Positions 49,338 through 58,956 of a stretch of 64,000 bases of DNA are shown piece after piece. Origin of the DNA: a virus; IMG/VR virus record IMGVR_UViG_3300031715_000003, positions 1 to 64,000 of that record, one strand, 5' to 3'. The notes beneath the pieces are model-generated. The model was not told where the DNA came from, made no database searches, and saw only the letters and a program-made list of their open reading frames with translations. How positions within the stretch are numbered: the stretch's first letter is position 1; each line of letters starts with the position of its first letter. A program made the position numbers and the translations under genes.

Positions 49338-50906
49338 GTGGCAGCCCTCAACCAAGAATCCGTAGAGAAGAGCGCGAGCGCATTCCAAGCGGAACTAGCG
49401 CGGCGCCGGGAATCTCGCCCTGAGAACCTCACCCGCTTCAAGGAAGACCCACTGGGCTTTATCCGGTGGGATTTCCCATGGGGGAGACCTGGGCCGCTCG
49501 AACGGTTCGAAGGCCCCGACGTATGGCAGGTGGACTTCCTCACGGAACTGGGGGAACTCATTCGGAAGCGCGAGTTCGACGGAGTCAACTCTGTTGCGCC
49601 CATCAGGATGACGCGCACTGCTGGCAAGGGCGTGGGGAAGTCGGTAATGGCCGCCTTCCTCACCAGTTTCCTTTTGAAGTGTTGGAAACTCTCCAAGGGG
49701 ACCGTCACGGCCAACACCTACGTCCAACTTGAAACCAAGACGTGGGCGACCATCAGCCAGTGGCTCAGAATGTCGCGATCGTCCTCCCCCTTTGAAATTC
49801 GCGACTCCGGCGTCTACCACAGAGTGGAGCGCAAGGCGTGGTCTTGCACTCCCCAGACATCGGACGAAAAGAACAAGGAAGCGTTCGCCGGCCAGCACGC
49901 CGCCACCTCAGTACAGTACTACATTTTTGATGAGTCCTCGGCCATAGCCGATACCATCTTCAAGGAAGCCGAGCGCGGACTTGTGGATGGTATGCCCATG
50001 ATATTCGTGTTTGGGAACCCGACCAAATCCACCGGTACGTTCTTCCGTATCAATTTCGGAGACGAGAAGGAACGATGGAACCACGGCATCATCGATTCCC
50101 GAACCTGTAAGATTCCCAACAAACAGGAACTCGAAGACACCATCAGGCTGGCCCCGGGCGGGGAGGACGATGACGACGTCCGCGTCTATATCCGCGGACT
50201 TCCGCCATTGTCGAACCCATCGATGCAGGTCATCGATCCTCAGCGAGTCTACGACGCGCAGAAACGGACTCCCGAAGTCCTGGATGACGAACCGCTAGTG
50301 GCGGGCGTCGACCTGTCGCGCGGCGGCGGCGACCCGGCCGTCGTCCGCTTCCGCCGTGGCAATGACGCGCGTAGCATTGCGCCTCGAAAGCTTTCTCCCC
50401 AGGAGACGCGCGATTCCATGCAGGTGGTAGGGTACTTGTCTGATTTGGCGAAGCATTCCTTTGGGGGGAGGAAGGTGGCGGCGTTCTTTATTGACGGGGG
50501 CTCCATGGGCGGCCCCATCATTGATCGTCTGCACCAGCTCGGGCTGAATCAATTCATCGAAGTGCAGTTCGGAGGCGGAGCCCCGCAGCCGGATCGCTAC
50601 GCAAACATGCGGGCCTGGATGTGGTTTCAATTGGCTGAGGCGCTGGGGAGTCGGCTCGCGATTGACAAGGACCCCGTTCTGGAATTGGACTTGACGTCAG
50701 TGGCACCAGGCAGGCGCGACAAAAAGAACCGATTTGTTTTGGAATCGAAGGAATCTATGAAAGCGCGGGGATTGGCCTCCCCCAATGACGGTGATGCGCT
50801 GGCCCTCACTTACGCGCGGACGGTAGGACCGCAGCGCCCAGAGCGCATTCCACCGAAAAGGAACTACAACATCAAGCCCGAGGCTGGTTCCTGGATGGGG
50901 CTATAA
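49338..50906 (+). CDS. terL: Terminase large subunit
   Basis: AGKGVGKS (Walker A), YYIFDES (Walker B), FGNPT, and nuclease motifs AGVDLSRGG, FIDGG and SPNDGDALALT. Confidence 0.92.
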   Translation: MAALNQESVEKSASAFQAELARRRESRPENLTRFKEDPLGFIRWDFPWGRPGPLERFEGPDVWQVDFLTELGELIRKREFDGVNSVAPIRMTRTAGKGVGKSVMAAFLTSFLLKCWKLSKGTVTANTYVQLETKTWATISQWLRMSRSSSPFEIRDSGVYHRVERKAWSCTPQTSDEKNKEAFAGQHAATSVQYYIFDESSAIADTIFKEAERGLVDGMPMIFVFGNPTKSTGTFFRINFGDEKERWNHGIIDSRTCKIPNKQELEDTIRLAPGGEDDDDVRVYIRGLPPLSNPSMQVIDPQRVYDAQKRTPEVLDDEPLVAGVDLSRGGGDPAVVRFRRGNDARSIAPRKLSPQETRDSMQVVGYLSDLAKHSFGGRKVAAFFIDGGSMGGPIIDRLHQLGLNQFIEVQFGGGAPQPDRYANMRAWMWFQLAEALGSRLAIDKDPVLELDLTSVAPGRRDKKNRFVLESKESMKARGLASPNDGDALALTYARTVGPQRPERIPPKRNYNIKPEAGSWMGL

Positions 50907-50948
50907 TGATGGACGGGTTAAGCATTAGAGCTTCCTATCAATCGACTT

Positions 50949-51106
50949 GGGGGGAGTACGGCGACAGACGTTCTCCCCCCGTTTTTCCTTGCGTTGCGAT
51001 GCTATGCGCCGACGAGATTTGCGGAGACGAGATACGCCAGGCTCCGACGAGCGCCGACATGCCGTGACTTCCTTACGACTATACCAAGATTATGGTATCT
51101 TCTGAA
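50949..51106 (-). ncRNA. Candidate ncRNA: promoter, 5-nt periodic tract and hairpin (copy B)
   Basis: TTCAGA-17-TATAGT on the - strand; G at every 5th + strand base from 50991 to 51066; same 15-bp end as copy A; GGGGGGAG..CTCCCCCC stem. Confidence 0.5.
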
Positions 51107-51392
51107 GCAGGAGATTCCTGATGACGAGTGCCAGCGGCAAGAGGCCCACACGGCCTGAAAAACGCAAAGTGCTTCACTTCCATGGAGAGCCAGCGCAAAA
51201 CGGTTTTCTCATTCATCACAGATTGGAGCCCCGGAAAATTCCACGCGCTGGCGGAGGGAGTATGCCGGCAATGGATGACGTGGATCCGAAACCCTATATG
51301 GCCACCGACAAGCAGTCCGCGCTCGATCACATCAGCGGATTGATGGATCAAATGGGGCCGTCCGATCAGAGTCCGGACCAAGCCGTCGCAGG

Positions 51393-51620
51393 GTGAAATT
51401 CCCGCTGACCATGACCCGCATCGATCCAGTATTGCTCCTGCTCTTCCTCGGGATGCTGGTCTTCACCGGGTTGTTGCTCCTCATCTCTAAGTGGAGTCCC
51501 AACGATGGCCAGACCTTCCAGGTAATTTCCGGCTTGCTCACCGCCTTCTCTGGCGCATTCTTTCTCCGCATCAAGCCCAAAACCGAAGATAAGACACCAC
51601 CGGAACCGCCGGGGCAGTAG
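51393..51620 (+). CDS. Two-TM small membrane protein (holin-like topology)
   Basis: Two hydrophobic helices and a charged C-terminal tail. Confidence 0.5.
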   Translation: MKFPLTMTRIDPVLLLLFLGMLVFTGLLLLISKWSPNDGQTFQVISGLLTAFSGAFFLRIKPKTEDKTPPEPPGQ

Positions 51621-51632
51621 AATAGAGGGAGC

Positions 51633-52070
51633 ATGAACGGTCTCCTCTGTCCTCGATGCGAAAAGCCGCTCTCGAAGCATCATGAGGGGGAGTGCCCTCG
51701 CCACCACGTCAGTCGGCGCTTCTTTTTGGGATTTTTGGGAACCGCATTTGGAGCCGCAGCGGCCGCAAGCGTTCTCCCCAATGTAGAACTAGATGCGCCC
51801 CAAGGCGACGGGATACTCGTAACGGCAACGCCCAAGATTCACTCTGGTGCCACCATCACGGCTGAGCATTGGGGAAATTGGTACTGGATGGGGACGTCCT
51901 CAGATCCGCGCGCTAGGGCGATGTGCGAGGACGCCAAGCAGATTGCCGCCCGTCGCCACCGCTCCGTAATCGTGAGGAACAATGGTCAGGTGGTATGCCA
52001 TGTGGACTTCGACAAAAATGGGAAGATGGTGGTGACGGAATATCCCACCGAAGGAGATCGGCTTTTGTGA
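51633..52070 (+). CDS. Hypothetical protein with an internal twin-arginine motif
   Basis: CPRC..H...C, then SRRFFLGFLGTAFGAAAAA. Confidence 0.55.
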   Translation: MNGLLCPRCEKPLSKHHEGECPRHHVSRRFFLGFLGTAFGAAAAASVLPNVELDAPQGDGILVTATPKIHSGATITAEHWGNWYWMGTSSDPRARAMCEDAKQIAARRHRSVIVRNNGQVVCHVDFDKNGKMVVTEYPTEGDRLL

Positions 52071-52323
52071 AAGCGACGTTCGTTATCGAAGTGGACAACA
52101 TCTCGGTTGGCGCGATCCCACAACTTCAGCGCTACCTAGAGCGTCAGGTGGAACTGATCAGTTGGCCGGGAGGTCCATCCGGAAGTGTGCGGCGCTGCGA
52201 ACGTGCTGCCTACAAGTTGGCGGAAATGTGCTCTGGCGCAGATATGGCGAACCAGACTCAGGGGGCATGCTTGGCACCTGGCCAGAGTCTTGAGGAGTTC
52301 TGCGACCTCTACGGGAGGTTTGC

Positions 52324-52620
52324 ATGATAACGCGAAGAGGACTGATTGCGGCAATCGCGGCGGTGTTTCTGCCGAGCCGCAAGCGTACTCCCCCAAATAC
52401 GCTGTACTGGCGAAAGCCTATCCTGGTCCCCGTTACCCACGGCGACTGGCCATGGCTACAGCCGGTTTCAGAGCCAGAACTGGAGACTGAATCTGTCTGC
52501 CTTCTCACAAACCGCGCCATCGTCGGAGAAATGCTCGATGTCCTTCATCGGGACATAGTGATAGCCAAAAAGGTAAATCGCAGGTACGAACAGAGATTAG
52601 GAGCATCATGGCCAAGTTAA
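52324..52620 (+). CDS. Tat-like leader fused to a coat N-arm-like segment
   Basis: MITRRGLIAAIAA...LLTNRAIVGEMLDVLHRDIVIAKKVNRRYE compared with coat FLTIGMVTYEMLMVLHNLVVAAKKANRNYE. Confidence 0.7.
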   Translation: MITRRGLIAAIAAVFLPSRKRTPPNTLYWRKPILVPVTHGDWPWLQPVSEPELETESVCLLTNRAIVGEMLDVLHRDIVIAKKVNRRYEQRLGASWPS

Positions 52621-53484
52621 GCAGCAAGCCATCCGAGGGTACGATTGAATCTCCCCCCACAGCGCAGCGCCGGGCCGCGTTCAACACGGAGATGGGAATC
52701 CAGAACCGGCGAGTCACGGGGGTGACACGGAATCTCTTGCGCGCCTACCAGCAGTCGCCCGGGAGGTTCCTACCCAAGACCAAGGCCCTGGACGTGCTGG
52801 CCAATATGCGGAAGCCCGGCGAGAAGGGGGCGGTATGAGGCTTGTCGGCCTGTACGTGCGCGCGCATCGTACTGACAGAATCATGCTTAATCCGACAGGG
52901 CGAGGTCTCTACCGTCAGTTCCGCATCGGGTCGAACCAGAACATCGATTGGTTTGAACGTCGCCATCCCAAGGCATTCGTTTTCCCTGACAGGTGGCACT
53001 GGAGGGGAGCACGCTCTTGAAGCACAAGGAGTTGTACTTGCATTCACACCGATGGGTGAAGCATTCTGGGAGTAGAACGCACTCCTATTGGGTATCGCCG
53101 CACAACGGCAAGATTTACATCAGGGCGTTCGCGGTCCAGATCCAACGTGGTTACGACAAGAGGGCCATTTGTGAATCGCTCAAAAAAGAAGCAATGAAAC
53201 AAAAATCGGCGCCACCGTGTGCGGCGCAAACAGAACCGCCAAAAGATGTGTCTGCCCCAGCGGCCGAAGGGGCGACTCTAGCGTGACGTGCCGCAAAACG
53301 GCGATATCGTTCTCATTAGGCAATCGATAGGGGGCAAGACCCACTACTTCATGATCGATAACGTGAGCCCCGAGCGATATGATCGCACCGCCATCCAGGA
53401 GGAGGACGGAATCGCTAGGCTTGCCGTGCAGCACGCTTCTACAATTTCCGCCGACGTGATGGAGGAAGAAAGCAGGCTCCCCTA

Positions 53485-53748
53485 GTGGAACAACAACTCC
53501 CGCGATACCGCTGCCACAAAGAAGTGCGGTCCTTCAAGATCGACCAGATCAATCCTGGGAGACTGGACGGCCAAGGCCCTGGTGCCACACTCGTCTCGTT
53601 GACGATTCCATTGTCCATTTCCGTTGGAGAAGAGTATCTCCACAAGCATGACCCTGAGCCGGGTGGATATTACGTCCGGTACGCTGACGGATACGAATCG
53701 TTCTCCCCATGCGCTGCATTTGAGGAAGGCTATACGCTGATATCCTGA
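53485..53748 (+). CDS. Conserved-type small phage protein
   Basis: LPRYRCHKEV...PEPGGYYVRYADGYESFSP..AFEEGY. Confidence 0.65.
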   Translation: MEQQLPRYRCHKEVRSFKIDQINPGRLDGQGPGATLVSLTIPLSISVGEEYLHKHDPEPGGYYVRYADGYESFSPCAAFEEGYTLIS

Positions 53749-53945
53749 TGCCAGAATTCCTCGAGCAAAAACTTCGCTCCGAATACGCCGCCAAAGGGAA
53801 GAAGGGGAGAGCGCTCGACGCGGTGGTATACGGCACTCTGAACACCATCGGGGCGATGAGGGGCAATAAAATTACAAAAAAAGGGCGAGCCATGGAGCGC
53901 AAGCACGAGCGTGATACCATTTCCTCTATGGCCAATCGAAAATGA
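53748..53945 (+). CDS. Small basic phage protein
   Basis: TGATG coupling; VYGTLNTIGAMRGNK.T.KG. Confidence 0.6.
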   Translation: MPEFLEQKLRSEYAAKGKKGRALDAVVYGTLNTIGAMRGNKITKKGRAMERKHERDTISSMANRK

Positions 53946-54976
53946 CACCAGCGAACCAACTGCAAGGAATCCCGGAAGGCGTGGAGGTCATCGACTACTT
54001 GCCAGCCAGCTCCGATGATTTCGAACTCCTCCGCTTCTTCGATGACCCCATCATCATCAAGGGAGGGCGCCCGCACGCTTCGATCTCGATCCGGGTTAAG
54101 CCAGCGCAAGGCTATTGCTTCATCGAGGGGAAACTCCTCCAGCAGGCCGATATCAGGGCGCTCGGCACGACGACGCTGCAAACATATTCGGCCACGAAGG
54201 TTCTCCCTCCGACCGTCATTATGGCAACCATCAAGTTTTCGGTGGAGAACGCTATCGATCAGGCAGCGGTGGAGCAGGCGCTGGAAGGGTTGCGCCAAGT
54301 GCGGGGATTCAATTCGTTGGAGAAGGCATGAATATGGCAGAACTAAATCCGATTACTGACGTAGAACGTTATATCGACGCCAAACTTCAAGAAGGATTGA
54401 CGGCGCTGGAAATCAAGATCAAGATTGCGATCGCCGTGGAGGATGCGCGCATCGCGCTAGCCCGTGCCCTTCAACTCGATGATGATCCGAAGAACAAAGC
54501 CAACTACAGCGCGGCACTGACGGCTCTGGGGGAATAGTGGACTTCGAGCGATATCTCCTTAAAGCCCTCGGTGGTGCCGATGATGGATTGCTCTCCCTGA
54601 GGGTGGAACCGCTGGAAGACGGATCTGGCCACTACGTTTACGTGGACCCACTGGGCGATAAGGAAGTCTTTATGCTGAAAGGCAACGAGCTGGTCCCATT
54701 CGGATTTTTCGATCCCGCCGAAAGACCAAAAGCGTTCTCCCCCGATGAGTCACCGCTTCAAACGTCCTAAGCAGTTCCTCAATCAGGGAACTCCCCTGGC
54801 GAGACTGCGGAAGCACGTAGAGCAGATCCAGACTCAGGAGCAGTTCGACGCCTTCCTGGAAAAGCTCAGACCTGATATTCGTGCCGCCGGACTCCCCATG
54901 ATCGAATCCTGGCTAAAGTTTGCTCCTCGAAACCTTGCTACCAAGGCCAACGCATCACGCGCTGCCGAGTTAGCCG

Positions 54977-55213
54977 TTAGCGAGGGGGAGTACGCTGTAG
55001 AAATTGAGACCGGGCCTTTATTCTCCTAAGGCGGCCCACCACGGCAAACAATCGCCCTAGATTGGTATGCTTGTGTCCGATGTGCCAGCCTCCGCACTCC
55101 TCGCATTCGTAAGGAGTCATCCCGCCGTACCCCTTTTTGGTCATAGCGCGGCAAGCGTTCGATGCGGTTTCCCGATGCCGGTACCGAACCTTTCCCGTGG
55201 CTTCGCACGTCAT
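54977..55213 (-). CDS. Small zinc-finger protein, antisense to the late arm
   Basis: C..TGKVRY...A......PYECEECGGWHIG. Confidence 0.55.
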   Translation of the reverse strand: MTCEATGKVRYRHRETASNACRAMTKKGYGGMTPYECEECGGWHIGHKHTNLGRLFAVVGRLRRIKARSQFLQRTPPR

Positions 55214-55273
55214 CTCTCCCCTGCTGGGCCCTCCCGGCGCACTTTCCATTTTAGACCAGTTCTCCCCCAACAT

Positions 55274-55303
55274 TTGCATTTCAAAACATTTCTGCTGTAT
55301 AGT
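55274..55303 (+). promoter_or_regulatory. Promoter of the portal-scaffold-coat operon
   Basis: TTGCAT-18-TATAGT, followed by a leader of about 100 nt with three hairpins. Confidence 0.6.
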
Positions 55304-55407
55304 GTGAATCAGCGGGGACTTCCCCGCCAATAAGAGAAGAACACCGCACCTGACCCGTCGTGATGACGGTGATGGTCGACCCCGGAAGTTTCGGGGGGAG
55401 TTCATAG

Positions 55408-57642
55408 ATGGATCCAAACTCCGTCACGGCGATGTCGCCGGCGCAGGTCCATTCGTGGCCTGTGCCGATGAATCCCCAATCCTATTCGGGCCAAATTTTT
55501 ACCGACGCCGACGCCGAAGACGCGTTCCTCAAAGAAGCGCTGGAGCGTTTCAAAACCGCCGAAGACGCCGAACGCAAGCTCCGCGAAGAGATGGAGGAAG
55601 ACCATCGCTTTGCCTGCGGAACCCAGTGGCCCCAAACCATCCAAGCACAGCGCCATGCCCAGGATCGACCCACCCTCTCGATCAACCGCGTCCCTGAATT
55701 CGTCTCCCACGCCGTAAATAACCTTCGTCAGAACCGGCCGATGATCAAGATCGTCCCAGTGGGGGACGGTGCCACCACCGACATCGCCAACCTTCGGCAG
55801 GGGCTGGTCCGCCACATCCAGCAGAAATCCAAGGCGGAGACAGTTTTTGACGAAACGGCCCACATGATGTTCGAAATGGGGTTGTCGTGGATCCGCGTGG
55901 TGGCCGATTGGGCCAATCCTGAATCTTTCGATCAGGAACTCTTTATCCGCTGGATCCGCAATCCCTTTACGGTCTACTGGGACCCGTTCTGCACGCAGCC
56001 GGACTGGTCCGACATGAAGTGGCTCTTCATCATCGAGGACCTTACCAAAGCGGAATTCCAGACACGCTTTGGGGAAGACGCACTAGCGATGAGTTGGCCC
56101 ACCACGGAAAGCGGAAACTCCACTCCCTCGTGGTTCCCGGAGGGCAAGATTCGGATTGCCGAGTACTTCCGGGTCAAGATCGTGGAGGACAAGCTCTGCC
56201 AGCTTGAGGACAAGACCACGCGGCTATTCTCGGAACTCCCCAAAGGCATGTATTTCGTGGCCGAGGTAGAGAACGGCAAACCCGGCGAACTCGGACTTTT
56301 TGAAGAAGAGACGAAAGCGTATGTCGGCAAAGCTCGCGAGACCAATGTACCAGAGGTCTGGCACTACCTGATGAGCGCCCGCAAGGTGCTGTCGAAGACG
56401 AGGTGGTTAGGGTCGCGCATTCCCGTTCTCCCCTGCATTGGACACCAGACGGAATTTGAAGGCGAACTCAGCGTGGAGGGCATGGTGCGGTGGGCACGGG
56501 AACCGCAGCGCATGTACAACTACATGTACTCCTCCTTTGTGGAAGCGGTGGCGCTTACGCCCAAGGCGCCGTTCATCGCGGAGGTGGATCAGATCCCGGA
56601 TGGCAATGCAGAAGAGTGGGAGAAGGCGAACCAAAAGCCGGTTGCCGTCCTGCGATACAAGGCCAGGTCAGAAGGCGGCCAACTTCTTCCTCCCCCCATG
56701 CGGCAACCCGCCACTCCCGATATCGCGGCGTTTAGCGCCGGGCTGCAGATGTCGGATGCCAACCTCAAAGCCGTCTTCCGAATCTACGATGCTTCGCTTG
56801 GACAGCGGGGCCCCCAGGAGTCTGGGCTTGCGATCAATGCCCGCAAGGTGGAGTCCGATACCGGGATTTTCAACTGGGGCGATAACTTCCTGAGGTGCCT
56901 CCACAACGTCGGCTGGGTCCTGAATGAACTCCTACCGTTCTACTACAACAGCCCGGGGAAGGTGATCCGCATCCTCCAGGATGATGACTCCCGCAAGGAA
57001 GTCGTAATGAACCAAGCATTCCTCGAACAGGGACAGAAAAGGATTTACGATCTCGAACAACAGGGGGAGTACGGAGTAGATATTTCGACCGGGCCATCCG
57101 TCCAGACGCTGCGGCAGGAGAAGGTCAAGGGCATGATCGAGTTTTTCCAACTGTACCCTGCAGGTCTCCAAGCCTGCGCCCATGTCCTGGTAAAAGAATT
57201 CGATTTCCCTGGAGCGGAGAAGATTTCGGCGCAACTCGAGAAGCTTCTCCCACCGGCCCTGCAGACGCCCGATCCGGACTCCCCGCCTGATCCCAATCAA
57301 CTTCAATCGCAGATCGGGATACTGACGCAGCAGAACCAGCAACTATTGGCGGCCCTCAAGGAAGCGAGCGACAAATTCAACCTCGAAGCCATGAAGCAGT
57401 TGCACGCCGATTGGCGCAACCAGCAGACCCAGGAAGTGCAATTGGCACTGGGGCTGAGCCGCACGGGCTCCGAGGAAATCAAGTTTTTATTCGACCGGAT
57501 GTTCAGCGAGATGGAGCAACTGCGCCAGCAAGTGGCGGCAGGCTCTCCGGGAACTCCGGCGACGCCGGGAGTGAACTCCCCTCCGGCGACTCCGACTTTA
57601 CCTCCAACGGCGGGAGGGCAGACGCCGTCCGTGGGTCCCTGA
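55408..57642 (+). CDS. Portal protein, P22 gp1-like
   Basis: FACGTQW, RPTLSINR, VYWDP, GMVR.AREPQRMYNY, ESGLAINARK and V.ISTGPS..T.RQE; followed by scaffold and coat. Confidence 0.92.
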   Translation: MDPNSVTAMSPAQVHSWPVPMNPQSYSGQIFTDADAEDAFLKEALERFKTAEDAERKLREEMEEDHRFACGTQWPQTIQAQRHAQDRPTLSINRVPEFVSHAVNNLRQNRPMIKIVPVGDGATTDIANLRQGLVRHIQQKSKAETVFDETAHMMFEMGLSWIRVVADWANPESFDQELFIRWIRNPFTVYWDPFCTQPDWSDMKWLFIIEDLTKAEFQTRFGEDALAMSWPTTESGNSTPSWFPEGKIRIAEYFRVKIVEDKLCQLEDKTTRLFSELPKGMYFVAEVENGKPGELGLFEEETKAYVGKARETNVPEVWHYLMSARKVLSKTRWLGSRIPVLPCIGHQTEFEGELSVEGMVRWAREPQRMYNYMYSSFVEAVALTPKAPFIAEVDQIPDGNAEEWEKANQKPVAVLRYKARSEGGQLLPPPMRQPATPDIAAFSAGLQMSDANLKAVFRIYDASLGQRGPQESGLAINARKVESDTGIFNWGDNFLRCLHNVGWVLNELLPFYYNSPGKVIRILQDDDSRKEVVMNQAFLEQGQKRIYDLEQQGEYGVDISTGPSVQTLRQEKVKGMIEFFQLYPAGLQACAHVLVKEFDFPGAEKISAQLEKLLPPALQTPDPDSPPDPNQLQSQIGILTQQNQQLLAALKEASDKFNLEAMKQLHADWRNQQTQEVQLALGLSRTGSEEIKFLFDRMFSEMEQLRQQVAAGSPGTPATPGVNSPPATPTLPPTAGGQTPSVGP

Positions 57643-57664
57643 GGGATCCGCAGAAAAGAGAACT

Positions 57665-58930
57665 ATGGCAATCAGAATGGACTCGAACACTCAAGAGGAT
57701 TTTCAGCAGGTCATCAAGCACTACGGGTTGGAAAACCTACCCGAAGCGCAGGCGGCTTCCGAAGAGACTCCAGTGTCGGAACCACCCTCCGAATCCAAGG
57801 AAGAGCCTGGCGGGGAACCCGCTGGGGAGCCCAAGGATAAAAGCGCGGCCCCTCCGGAGGAGGTCAAAACAGAAACAACGCAGGAGGCTCCTCCTGTAGG
57901 GGAAACCGAAGACGAAAAGAAGAGAAAGAGTGGATGGGCCCGCAAGGTCGAGAAACTAACGGCCCAAGTAGATGCGATTCGTGAGCAACTAGAGAGCGAA
58001 CGCGGCAACTCCCGTGGCCTCCAGGAACGCCTGGAGGAAGCGGAGCGACGACTTGCGGATGCGACGGGATCAGAACCGGAGCCTGAGGTAGAACAGGGCC
58101 CGGTTCGTCCCAAGCGTCCCAAGACGCCGACCCTGGCAGAGCACGACGGCGATTACGAGAAGTGGAGTGCGGCTATGGTGCAGCACGATGTCCTCCTCGA
58201 CAAATACGAGGAGGAGATGGAGCAGTACCGCACGCAAGTCACGGAACGGGCGATCGCTGAAAATAGTGCCAGGGCCGAACAACAACTCCGGGAAAACGAA
58301 ATTGTCCGCAGTTTCGTGGATCGCCGGGATGCCGGAAAGAAGATTCTGGCCGAATCCTTGGATTCCGAGGAAGTCTCATGGGCCGAACTATTCGGGGATG
58401 GCAACGGCAATCCCGGGATTGTCCGCGACAGCTTCATGGACGCTCCTGCCGACAATCCGCAAGGTGGTGCGGCGGCGGCCAGGGACTGGATCAATCGCAA
58501 ATCCAAGAATCCGGCTCTTTTGCTCTATCACTTCGGTCTTGATTCCATACACAGCGGCGCGGAGAACCAGCGCTTCCGCGATATGGATGCCTTCGATCAA
58601 ATCGTCGAACTCAAGGCGCTAGATGAGCGTTTGGGAGCGGAAATTGCGGCCAAGAAAAACGGCCGCACTGAAGCAGCCCCACCGCCAAGACAAGAGCGTA
58701 CTCCCCAGCAGGAACCTCCCGCAAGAACACAACCACGTCCCGCCCACAGGGTACCGGAACCTCCGATCCCAACCGTCGGTGGCCACTCCATACGAGCGAC
58801 CGCCGATTCAACGGCTCAACTGGCCAGACTCTACGAGGAAGGCCGTAAGACCGGGGATATGAGTGCCTACCGGCAAGCGCGGGAACAGCAGAGAGCTGCT
58901 GAAGTCGCGGCGGGGAGGATACGCCCTTAA
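57665..58930 (+). CDS. Scaffolding protein
   Basis: Acidic disordered N-terminus, coiled coil and PEPPIPTVGG near the C-terminus; lies between portal and coat. Confidence 0.75.
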   Translation: MAIRMDSNTQEDFQQVIKHYGLENLPEAQAASEETPVSEPPSESKEEPGGEPAGEPKDKSAAPPEEVKTETTQEAPPVGETEDEKKRKSGWARKVEKLTAQVDAIREQLESERGNSRGLQERLEEAERRLADATGSEPEPEVEQGPVRPKRPKTPTLAEHDGDYEKWSAAMVQHDVLLDKYEEEMEQYRTQVTERAIAENSARAEQQLRENEIVRSFVDRRDAGKKILAESLDSEEVSWAELFGDGNGNPGIVRDSFMDAPADNPQGGAAAARDWINRKSKNPALLLYHFGLDSIHSGAENQRFRDMDAFDQIVELKALDERLGAEIAAKKNGRTEAAPPPRQERTPQQEPPARTQPRPAHRVPEPPIPTVGGHSIRATADSTAQLARLYEEGRKTGDMSAYRQAREQQRAAEVAAGRIRP

Positions 58931-58956
58931 GATCCCGGCCGGGAGAACAAAACCGA

